DNA of 64,000 nt from Eutreptiella sp. 'Long Island Sound 2002' (lineage: Eukaryota; Protista; Euglenida), in the NCBI GenBank assembly GCA_964036045.1, contig OZ038379.1, forward strand, positions 25,730,001 to 25,794,000, read 5' to 3'. The translations under genes were made by a program, and so were the position numbers. The notes under the pieces are model-generated. The model searched no databases, was not told where the DNA came from, and saw only the letters and a list, made by a program, of their open reading frames with translations. This document shows, in pieces, positions 35,001 through 46,100 of the stretch (position 1 is the first letter of the stretch; the number at the start of each line of letters is the position of its first letter).

Positions 35001-36304
35001 GGATGGTCGGCGGTCTGAGTGTTGGCTGTGCAAAACGGGACCGCGGCAGCGCGTCGCAGTGCGATTCTTTGCCCCCCCCCCCCCCTTCGTATTTGCGCGC
35101 GCAGGGGGGGGGATGGGTACGCCGCGCAGCGCCTGCATCCCGTTTGCTGTCCATTGCAGTGAAAAGGCGATCCGCTTTTCGTCTTCACGGCGTACACCCC
35201 TCGGTGTCGGCAAATGCCTTGTGCAAGTGCACGCGTACATCGGTCCGTAGCTGTTGGCTGACGCCTCATGTGCCATCCGCCGTCCGCAGAGGGCTCTGTG
35301 GACATCCGCCGCACTACGGAGGACGGTGAAGTTGCGGACCTGGGCGGCCGCGGTGTTGGCGAATACTTCGGGGAGTTCGAGTTTCTGTTCAACGTCCCCC
35401 GCTTCTGCGACGTCATCGCCAAGGACCATTTGCGGGCGGCCTTCGTATGTCTTTGGGTCGGGTACCAAGTCCCCATTATTTCTGATTGCACCCTGGGTTT
35501 CCCCAGATTTTCCTGGTTGTGCCCCAGTTTTCCACCATCTCTCGCCAAACTGCGACACATGGCACCGTTTTCTCAGTCTGCTAATGGCAACGCCAGGTCA
35601 ATTACTCGGCCGTGCCAAAGCGCCCAGATTTGGCACCCATGGAGGCCCGACAGACATGGATACAACAAGATGCACTGCGTCACGCAACCGCATCGCATGC
35701 ATCAACGGAGGTGGCTGCTCTTGAAGCCCTCACCATCCGACACCCGTGGCAGGAAACTCAGCGGAAAGTTGCAAAATTGGGCTGTTGGGGCAGAGAAGGC
35801 AGGGCCCCTAGGAGAGCGCTGTCACAGCAGTCTGACACTATCTGATTTCGTTGGAGACGACAGCAACACGCATGGGCCATGCGCTTGTGCGGTATCGTTG
35901 CTGGCGTGGACGCTGCGCAGGTACTGTGCATTGGTAGCTCTCGGCTGGCAGATGCCGAGTGGGTATCGATTGTGCCATGTGGGTATCAATTGGGTGGCTA
36001 CTCACGTTCAGCGATGGGTATGGCTGCCTCCAAGTGAATGGATTCCATTAACCGGTGAACCCCACTGCTGAACAGGCGGAGTCTGCCTTAGGCTTTGTCT
36101 GCCACACTGCCATTGTGTGTGTCCCAATAGTTTTTGCGGGAACCCACAAACTTGTTGCTGATGTGCATGTCTTTGACACAGATTAAGAAGAAGGATTTTG
36201 AACTGTCCATGGGCCCCACGATGGATATCTTGAAGAGGAATGCGGCCGTGTACCGGTTCTACGTCTCAGAAGATGGCTCTCCGGCCGACCGCAATAAGGC
36301 ATAG
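22644..36304 (+). CDS. PKAR: PKA regulatory subunit, kinetoplastid-type (N-terminal LRR region, inhibitor site, two CNB domains), 494 aa; exons 22644-22751, 22822-22983, 24479-24636, 25372-25478, 26399-26455, 27670-27770, 29451-29591, 31962-32093, 32892-33041, 34264-34354, 35290-35444, 36182-36304
   Basis: All 11 introns are GT-AG and the phases join to 1485 nt ending in TAG. LRR-like LESLDLSRNYVGNKG and MTSIDFMGNPVT; inhibitor motif RRRTGISAE; CNB-A FGELELMYNTNAVATV; CNB-B FGEFEFLFNVPRFCDV; C-terminal KDFELSMGPTMDILKRNAAVYRFY. Exons 4 and 5 (linker) are the least certain. Confidence 0.92.
22984..23018 (+). repeat. (GT)n microsatellite starting at the PKAR intron 2 donor
   Basis: CAG|gtgtgtgt..., directly visible. 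Confidence 0.95.
23341..23790. repeat. Degenerate GATATC/GTGGTATATGCCAC repeat cluster in PKAR intron 2
   Basis: An approximately 65-bp block at 23341 recurs at about 23720, with multiple gatatc(c/t)gtgg..gccac sub-units between. It resembles TE subterminal repeats. Confidence 0.6.
26560..26625 (+). repeat. Dispersed repeat of about 65 bp, second copy at 40841-40906
   Basis: tgtgagcagagggacacctgtcccactctcac is shared exactly and contains the palindrome GGGACA-CC-TGTCCC. The flanks are similar but diverged. Confidence 0.8.
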
Positions 36305-39300
36305 AGGCGACGAATCTCGGACGTCGCCTCTCCTTTCACTGTGCGTGAAGGAGGAAGGAAGCACCGGGTGCATACACCGAGGCCCAAAAGCCAGTAAAGC
36401 GTTGGCGCGGGTGTCGATTAAATGCACGCGTACGTTTGCATGTGTGGGTGCATGTGGGTTTGCGATCATGGACAATCCTGGCCCCAGCCAGCGATAGAGG
36501 CAACCCGCCCAATCAGAAATCTAGATACATGTGCAGTTTTGGTGCTCTGGGTTCTCCTTTTTTTTTGTGTGCCCCGAGAGGCGATAGCACAGTGCCAGAA
36601 TGTTCGTATACATGTTTCTTCTCTTCAGTAATGTCCCACATGAATATGGTTCCTGGAAGTGGATCACGTGTTTCGCGTCCCGTCTGCTGTCATGGTGTGC
36701 TTCCATTCGGGTTGCAGCACTATGTTGATAACCTAATCTAACCCGGATGTTGGTCTGAGGCATTAGTTGTGTGTGGTATGTGCGCGAACGTCCGTTGTCT
36801 TTGCGTGTGCGTGCGTGTCTGCGTGTGCATGTGTTCCGTGTGTGTGTTTGCGTGAGCGTCGGTGTATGCCATGATTGTGTTTTGGTGCGACGGCATTTTG
36901 AAGCCCCGCATGATATATTCTTTGAAATTTCAACCCGTCATCACACCAGATCACTGTTTGTCAGATGCTACACAGACCTGATCTTTCCGCAGCAGCACAG
37001 TGAATTACTCGCCTGGCAGTATGTGATGGTACGGTCCGGCAGTGTGCCAGGGAGTGGGATGTGCGAGTCCCAGGTGTGGTGCGTCATGTCGCACGGTATG
37101 AGGCGCGGCAGGGCTACGCCAAAACACGGAGCTGAACCCTGACTCAAGACTCACGAGGGTCCAGCCCCGGGTCAGGCCTGAAAGGGCTTCGCTCTCCAAG
37201 AGCCAGAATGAGCGCTGTGGGGAAATGTGCGTTGGTGCTGCAGTCGGTGGTCCAGGTATCTGCGGCGAAGTGTCGTTGGCGTGTCAGCAGGGCCTGCTCT
37301 GCTGCCAGGTCTGGGCGGCGAGGGTGTGCGGAAGATTGTACGCCATGCAGACATTCATACAAATGCTAGGCATTGGTTTTGTACAGTGTGATTGTATGTG
37401 AGCCCCCGTTTTAGACCGTTATGCACTGCTGTTGTGTTGTGCATTGCTGCTCCTGTGCCGTGCATGGAAAGAAATACGATCGAGAGAGGAAGTGTGCTGT
37501 TTGATTGGCGCACCCGAGCCACTTCTACTGTCCTCAGGCAGCAGATAAAGGTGCGCTAACAAGAACCATTGCCCAGGGTCGTGGGGCCGCACAGGTGGGA
37601 GGATACCGCTGCTCCATTGGGCATTTTTTTGAAGTACACCCTATCTATCGCAGATCCTTCTAAAAGGGGTAGGATTTCCTGTGTACACCTGAAGTGTGGA
37701 AAATCCAGAATGGCATCCGTGAACTGCCAGTCACAGAAGGCGGTGGTCTGGCAGCCTAGCTGCTCTTTGCTGACCCATGCTGGGTTCGCTTAGTAGCATG
37801 ACCGGAGCAGCAGCATTGGCTCCCTTCTCCGGAAGGCCTCCTTGTCCGCCTCCTTCTCCGCCGGTAGGCCAAAGAAGGGCATTCATCTATTGTGGAAGTG
37901 TTGCATGGGCAAAAGCACAGCACTCAATGCTGTGGCTGATCATCAAGTGGCCTGGGTTGCAGCTCTGGCAGTCCCAGAGGCATAGCTGATGTACTTCAGG
38001 TATTGGGTCTGCTGCTGGTAGCATTGGTGCCCTGGATATATTTGCAGCAGCAGCCCAAAGACTTGAAACATTGGGTCTCAATATTGCATATTACTTGTTT
38101 TTTTGAGGCAGTACAACATTCGAAACAGTGGCAGGCTGGGTAGGAGGCATTAGGTACTGTTTTTGGTATTGGCTGAACCTGCAGCTGTCTACCATTGCAG
38201 CCCCTTGTAGGCCAGCTCTCAGCCCTATTTTAGCAAGGGCTCAGGGTGTCACCACCAATCTGTCGTGTCGCGGGGGCACCTGCAGACACCCTGCCTGCAG
38301 GTCTCAAGAGGTGTACTTGTGTCTGCTCTTTGAGCCCTGCCGCCCAGCCAGCCGTTTGGGGACTACTCCCTTGCAGTGCCTGCGGTGCACCCCGCAGTGT
38401 GCCTGTGCACCTATGGTGCACATTCAGAATGAGTTAGCAAGCAGAATAGTTGTGTAGTTCAGTTTCATATCATGCACTGCTTTCTTGCAACCCCACGTCT
38501 TAGCATTGGGAACTGGGAATTTTTTTCTGAGTAGAGTTGGGTGCAGTTCCTAACTTGGAAATGTGCCCCAACAGTGCCCAAAATCAATCATAGTAAGGAG
38601 TGCCATGCCTGGTGCGCGTGTGGTGTGTGCCTTGGGGTTCTTTTATCGACACACACACACACATACTTTACAAGGCATTGCATGCATTTGAGGGCTCTAA
38701 ATGGTGTGAATATTGCACATAATTCTGTCCCCATACAACATCAACAATATTCCTTGCATGGCAAGCTACCTACAGGCAGCATGTCACCTACATCTGATCA
38801 AATGGAGACGGGGTGCCTGCCACCGGTACCTCCTTTTTGGCATGTGTGTGGGTGTGGGGGTGGTCACCATTTTGCCACTGCTTTAGTACTGTGACCCGCA
38901 TTGCACCCCACAGAAAAGGCTTTTTCGGACTGGGCTGTGACACCATTCCCAACCCCCTTCCCTTCAACTTGTTAAAGTGCATCTGTCGGAGCGAAACAAT
39001 TACCCTAACCTGGAGAATTTTCATTCCAATTGCGCGATATTTTGGAGAAAACATCACCCTAAGTACCCCACATTCCACATTTCCACCAATTCTGGTTCAA
39101 ATCTTTGCAATCCTAGGGGGGCGCACCGGAAAGTCTGCTGTTTTCCACCACCGGCAGCTATGGGTCCCAGGGTCCTGAATTCTGCACCCCACAGCCCCTG
39201 CTGGTACACCAGGGATTTTTTTTTGTCTGATGCTTGCCACAGGTCCCAGGTTCCCAAATTCTGCACCCCATGCTGTTTTGAATTGATCGTCCATGCTTCG

Positions 39301-39699
39301 ATAGGTGGGTGGTTTTCAGGGGTGTTCCCGGGATAGACAAGCAGTAATTGGTGCTGTGCGAAAACGACCCCTAGGAGAAGCGATGGTTGAGGTCCTGTTG
39401 AGCGATCCTCAACGGCGCCTAAGGAGTGTTGGGTAGCTTTGGCACAGGCCGCCAAATTCCTAGATCACTTCCCGTGTGGGTGAAAATTTGCCATGTAGCC
39501 CCCACCTCCACACATGATTTACATGTTGTTGTTTTTTTCCATGTTTGGTATATGGTTTCTATAGGGCAGGCAGCGCACACTCAGGCGGGGTGATGACAAA
39601 GGCACTGGAGGGTAGGAAATGGCTTCGTCTCTCTCAAGCCTTGGCAAGGGGGACACTGTTGACTTTTGGAACCCACCACGTCCATGTGTTGGTGTAGGA

Positions 39700-41010
39700 G
39701 AAGTGGTAGAAAGGCAGGACACACCAAGGAGGAAGGGTGGGTCCCCATTCTACCCCTCAACACCCAGACCATGGTCATGGCAACCGAGCACCTGAGCACA
39801 CGAGCATGTGGGTTTCCGGGGTTCCAGGTTTGACCCCTCCCACACAAGGGGCCAGTGCCCCTTCCCACATACCACAGCCAAGCCAAGCCCAAAAGGCAAA
39901 ATATCTATTATTGTACACTGCGCACTGTGGATGTGTACCATGTGCACCGCTGATGTGCAACACTTTGGGCCAGGGGGTTCCGGGTCAGCTAGTTACATTT
40001 CCCACATTAGTGGTAGTGAGCACCCTCCAAACTTCACTGTCTTGGGAAAGACTTTGTATGAAGCATGCCAGGCTGGCATGTGAGGGATGCCAAGCGGGCT
40101 GGCACAGCAGCTCTGAGTAGAGGGACAAATGCCTCACTCTCACTACGAAATTGCTTTTCCCAACTGGTGGACAAGCAGTAGACAATTCCCTCCATACACG
40201 TAGAAGGACCAACCGGCACACTGACCAAATTAAAAGCTAAAAAACAACATAGAAGCGAAAGCAAATGTAGTGAGTGTTGAGGTTGCTAGGGTAGGCGGGT
40301 ACTAATGTGCAATGTCGTTCCGGTGGATCGTTAAGCGCGGTCAGTCTAGACTTGAGGGTTCTGTGTTGCAGGGGACCTCCCATTCATTAGGGTCCTGGTG
40401 TGTTTTGTGTCAACACGGAACACATGGGGGACGAGTCATGAGCTGAATCCCGTATGTAGACCCAGGCTTCGCCGAAATCTGTACTTACATTGCACTTGCC
40501 CTCAGGGCCCTGGCACTTTTGATTTGGCCTATTTGATCAAAAATAAAAAAGAAAGCATAGGTAGTGAGTGCTATCATGAACAAATTAATTATCACCAATA
40601 CCATGAACTGTGAGAGTCTCAACTTTCTATCTCTGACAAAAACAATGCCTGGTGGTGTAGCTTCATGGTTTGGCCTCATGGTATGGGATAAGCTATGCAG
40701 GTAATTAGGGAGAGGGCAAGAGCCCCCCCCCCCCCACCCCGACCCTGTGTGGCCGTGCTGTACCTTTCCCACATGTGTGCTGGTGAGCACCAAACTTTAC
40801 TGTCTTGGGAATGATTGAATGTGAAGCACGCTGGCACCGCCCTAGGAGGGGCGCAAAGGGGCAGAAGGGGCACTTGTGAGCAGAGGGACACCTGTCCCAC
40901 TCTCACACACTAAGACCAGTGGCTTGCGACAAGCAATGTAGACAATTTCCTCCTAAAAACTCAAACCACTTCCTACACCTAGAAATACCAACCAGCACAC
41001 TCACTCAGCC
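39700..41010. repeat. Old duplicated repeat family (diverged direct copies)
   Basis: About 40010-40080 resembles 40770-40830 (gagcacc..aaactt.actgtcttgggaa), and about 40170-40230 resembles 40930-41005 (gacaagca..gtagacaatt..ctacac.tagaa..accaacc.gcacact). Confidence 0.55.
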
Positions 41011-41784
41011 TTTATGGCAGCTGCCTCCCCGCCCCCTGCCTGCACACTCACAGGTTCCAAGAGTTGGTTTCCAAGAAATGGCCTACTTGTAGCACCAAGG
41101 GAGGTACAGAAATATTTGCTTGGCCCAAGCCAATCCTGGCCACTTACGGTTGGCCAGTCACTTTCAGATCCAAGCCCACAGCTATACCACATTTGATGGC
41201 TCTTTGGGCAAGTCAGGCCAATATTTGGTTCTCCATTATGGTTTTAGAACATTACGCCAGTGGTAACTTGATTGGACGAGCATATTTGCATAAGCTCACT
41301 CCACTCTGCACTCCGTCAACCAGCCTCAGCCACCCCCTCCTTATATCGCAGTAAGTGGAGGTCGGAGGTGAAGATGCCCACTTGTTTTGCACCACATTTA
41401 CCCCAATTGTTTCCCATTCCCCACACCCATGTCAAGTTCCTCCTGTTCCACACTCACATCAAGTGCACCACCGAGGCTGTTGGACAACCACTTGCACCTC
41501 CCATGGTGATGCCCTGCTTCTGCCTCCTTCTGCTCAAGGGCTTCTTGCAGCCTCCAAACACCATGAGTCCTGGGGTATGTCCCACTTTTGATGCATTCAA
41601 TCAATATCCACAACTTTGGTTGCGTCAGGGCACAAGGCCCCTACAGTGAGGCCATTGTATGAAGTCACATGCGCTCTTAGCTACGTCACCAAAACATTGT
41701 AGAACGAAATTCTTGCTGAAAGGATGCGTGTTGTATCAGCGTGTGTTCCTGATTTTGGTCACAACGGTGCTGGGAAGGCTGCAG

Positions 41785-42641
41785 CAGGGCGTTGCTTGAG
41801 CGGGGGGGGGGGAGGGGGGGAGGGGGTCCAGGGGAGGGGGGGAGGGGGTCCAGGGGGGAGGGGTCCCCCCCCCCCCCCGGTCGGAATGCAACAAACACCC
41901 AAGGAATTGCAAAATTGTATCACAATGACCCGGTCAGCATATACTTTTGTCATAATGTCGGAAGAAAAGGTAATGCAACTCATCTTTCTGGGTCCATACT
42001 TGCTTTTTGTTTGCGTTTGGCTGGGACCTCAGGTGCAGGACAGTGCAGTTTTGTTGGGGCTGTGAAAGACAAAAAATACGCATGTTGCAACTGAGCGCGT
42101 GTTCATGGCAGTTGTGCTGCCCAGCGTGCGCACAAAACGGGCTGCATGAGCAGGAACTCATACGGCAGGCAGCACACCTCGCAGTCTTGTTGCGCCATTA
42201 TGGCTGCTTGTTGTACAAACTCGCACAGAGTTGCCATTGGAGTGTTCAGAAAAAGTGTGGAACATGCTTTCTGTGCAGCATTGTATGCCTCTTGCCTTTT
42301 CTTCCCAGTCCATCTATCTTGAAAACGAAAATAGAGGATCGCGGTTATAACGTCGTTGCGTTTTGCGCGGGGGCACGGTTGGACCGGGGAGCCAAAGAAC
42401 GCACTTATGGACCTTTGTGACATGATATCTGTGGGACAGGGGACAAAGGATACAAGCGGAATGACCAAAGAACCCTGGTACAGGTGCGCCGAAGGCACAG
42501 GAGAATTTTTTTGTGCACAAGCGAAAAAAGTTCCCAGAACCTTGATTTTTAGGTGATTTAGAGCGAGGGGGGGAGGGGGGGAGGGGTCCAGGGGGGAGCC
42601 CCCCCCCCCCCGGTCGGAATGAAAATTAAAGCAACGCCCTG
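41785..42641. mobile_element. Non-autonomous TIR element (857 bp)
   Basis: Perfect 13-bp terminal inverted repeat CAGGGCGTTGCTT...AAGCAACGCCCTG. A G/C-run block ending ccggtcggaatg is repeated in direct orientation just inside both ends. No TSD seen. Confidence 0.6.
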
Positions 42642-43150
42642 GGGGTGCCCCCTCCCCTTGTCCAACGACCTGCTTTTTCCACCACACCAACCTTTCGGAC
42701 AGCGCTCTCTGTCACCACAGTTCCCACGACGGTGGGTTTCAACAAGAGCGCCGCGCGCGCGGTGCGCAATTGGCGACGTGCTTGTCCAGCGAATGGGACC
42801 GCGTTGGACTGCGCTTTGGAGGTTCGGCCAAGTATTTTGACCCACCGACAGAGGGGGGGGGGCTCTCCTTCGGAATCTGGACTGCGGCTGAACTGCAGGA
42901 CTGAGCAGGGCCTATGAAGCCCTGTGCATATGGGCTCTGATGTGTCGCATGGCTTTGCGCTTCCTTGCAGCCACGTGCATTTCAGTGAGGCTATGCCTGG
43001 CACACGGGAGGGCAGGGCGGCTTCATGGAGAGTTGATGTTTAGCCTCACGCACATTTCCACAGCAATGCATGTGTAGGTCCGCGGGGCACCTGCACCTCT
43101 TTGTCCTGAAAACCCGTGGGCTGCCGGCTCCCTGAGCCTGTGCAGCAGCC

Positions 43151-46100
43151 ATGACTGTGGGTGGCCAGCCCCGCTTTCACGCCAAGCCCCCGCCAAAGCT
43201 GATGCTGACCCGGCGTCTGCCCCTGCCCCCACCTCAGCCCGTGGACCTTCCTGAGCTGGTGATGGAGCTGACGGAGGCAGTCAAGGCCAGCCAGCCCCCA
43301 CCCGGCGTCTGGAAGCCCCCGAAGGTGATAGGGTTAGGGCATGGCTGAGGGTAGGGGTGAGGGTGAGGGTCACTGAGCCGGTGCACCCAGGACGGTTTGA
43401 AAGCCTCGTTTAGCGGTGTAGGCTGGAGCACGGGTTGCTGACAGCCACAGCAGCGGCAGCAGCGAGCACGTGCGATGTGCCAAAACCTCAGAATTTGCCC
43501 TGGTGCTTCGTGCTTTGTACATTGACATGTGGAGTTGAATCCCATCTCCCGGCGAATACGCTGACGGCCTGGCAGGGGTGCAGCAAGGTAAAGTGGAGGG
43601 TCCCTGGCAGCTCCGTTGTATGGTGGTGAGGTGAACGTGAGGGCACAGGTGAGGGCGGGGGCGAGGGTTGGGGCGATGGTAAGGGGTGAGGGCAAGGCCG
43701 ACGGCAAGGGCCTGGGCGAGGGGCAGGTTGGACGAGGGCGTGTAGGCGAGGGTGAGGGCGGAGGGGAGGGCTGAGGCCGGGGTGCTAGGCCCAGGCCGAG
43801 GACTTGGGGGCCAGCACAGCGGTGATGGGGTGCGACTGCGGACGGTGTGCGCACTGCAGGTGACCCCGCACCGGCGGCTGCTGCGGGTGCGGCACGAGCC
43901 CCGGGAGCCCCGCCACGGCACCACGCACGTCCGGATCCCGCGGCTGCTGAACACGATGCACCGGCTGGAGGACCCCGGGGCCGGGGGCGCGTTGGGGGGC
44001 GTGGACGACGACGGCCCGGCCGTCAAGCGCCGGCGGCGGAGCCTCTCGGTGCCCAAGGCCCCCACCCTCCACAGCGACGTGGCGCCCGGCAACCCCCTGT
44101 CGACCCCGGACCCGTTCGCGGCCCCGGCGCTGCCGGGCCCCCAGAAGCACGGCGCATCGTTCCGCAGGTTCGTGGGGGCGGAGCCCACTGCCCCGACACA
44201 GCGCTCGCCTGCCACGGCCCCTCCCACAACCGGTTTGAGCCCCCAGCCCGTCCAGGAGCCCGTGGTCGAGGCCTGGGGGGGTGCCGGGCCGTTGCTGCCG
44301 GACGCGGTGGATCCGGACAAGCCCAAGGTCACCCGCAGCCTCCGGGTCATGCCCCCGGCCTTCAACCGCTACACTGTGAAGGTCCCGGAGCGCTTGGAGT
44401 TGCACTGGGACGTTCCCTCCTCCGGGATTGCCCGCACAGGTCTGTGCCTGTGCGCTGTGCCGATTGATGGTGCCCACACCACCACGTGGGGGTGTATTTT
44501 GGGGTCAATCTTTTGGAGGGGGTGCGGGTAGAAACCAAATTCACCACTGCACATCTGATTTTCAATGAGTATTGTGTACCCTCGTCCCTTCCTGTGGATC
44601 TTGGATCAGGGGTCCTCTGTTCCTCTGGATCTCCAAGCATGGAACCCATCCCATGACACAGCCACTGCAGTGGCGACCAGCGGGATGACCCACTTAGACC
44701 CACGTCACTGCACTTTCCCTTCCCCACTCCCAATAGACACAATTGACATCCACCACCAACTGTAGGCGATACCACAGACATGGCGCTGGACATCGTTGGG
44801 ATAACTGCGCCGGAAATCATGTGCTGTGGCTACTGGGCACAACAGATCATTCAAGCGACAAGAACGGACAGGACGACGGCCACGGAGTGTTGCAAAATGG
44901 GTGAATTGGGCGGGAAGGTTCAATGCAGTTCAGTTGATGGGAAGATGGCAGTAAAGCCGCAGTTGCATAAGGCTCTGGATAGGCCGTACTACACAGTGCC
45001 CCGCCCAGAACTACGCAGAACCCCCTTCCCCCTCCACCCGCTGTCATAAAACAGGAGAAGGAAAGAGGGGGAAAAGACAAAGGGGCGGCAACTTCCTCCG
45101 AGTGAACCGGTTCCAGAAGCTCCCGGTGGACGGCTCTGTTGAACAGGGGTCAGCCTTCTGGAGGCCCTGTCCACACTGTCTATCCTCTGGTCATGTGTAG
45201 CCCCCCCCCCCCCCTGTCCAACGAATGCATTGCCCAACAAATACTTCCGTTTGGACCGTACTTCTTTGGGACGTAATGAATTAGGTACCGGGTTTAGGTA
45301 CCGAATGAATTGGGTACCGAGCTGCATGTCCAACGAACACTCTTGCCTGACCGTATTTTTTGAGGATTTCATTGTTCGCTGGACATGTGGTGTGGGGGGT
45401 AACTTTGTGCCCGTATCCCCCCCCCCCCTAAATAGTAACCGCCCTTGCATGTGCATGCACCGCCCTTTGATGCACTCATCGTGCAGTGCCAGAAAAAGCC
45501 TGCCAAGGGGCGTTGTAAAGGGTGCGACAGATTCTGATGTTTCATTGCTGACATCTGTTGAAAGTCAAGTGGTGTTGAAAAAGACAGCGATAGTGCATCA
45601 GACACTGAGATTGTGTGGTCAACAAGTGCGCGTGGTGTATGGGGACTGGCAAATGTTTTTGCCAACGGGAAATTGTATTTCGCGTGCGATGTTCCTGAGT
45701 CAGACTGCTCGTCACAGGGGCTGGAGCCCCCTGCCAAGCCTCCTCCCAAAGCTGCCAAACCTCATGCCACACCCTCAACCAAGAGTGCAGCCAAACCTGC
45801 TGCCCAGGTGGCAGCCAAGCCTGCAGCCACGCCTGCAACTGGAGAGCCCATTCCAGTGGTCCCTGTTGAGCATGTGCAGCTCTTCAAAGTCAAATACTCC
45901 CGCTCGAAAAAGTGGCACACAGAGCCTGTCCCTCAGTAGACCTGATCATGCATCCCAACAGGCAGTTTCCTGTTCATTTTGTGGTTCATATGCCCTCATG
46001 TTTGCATGTCTTGTTTCGTGTCGTGCGTCCTTTGCATAGTAATCGGGGGGACCAGGGGACCGTCACTTGGGGTATGTTCCCTCGGGGGTGCGAGGATACC

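Noticed and set aside
36870-36920. Final PKAR exon (VLVRRHFE resembles the kinetoplastid RRHFE)
   Set aside because: No suitable acceptor, and 36182-36304 gives a better in-phase match with a stop codon.
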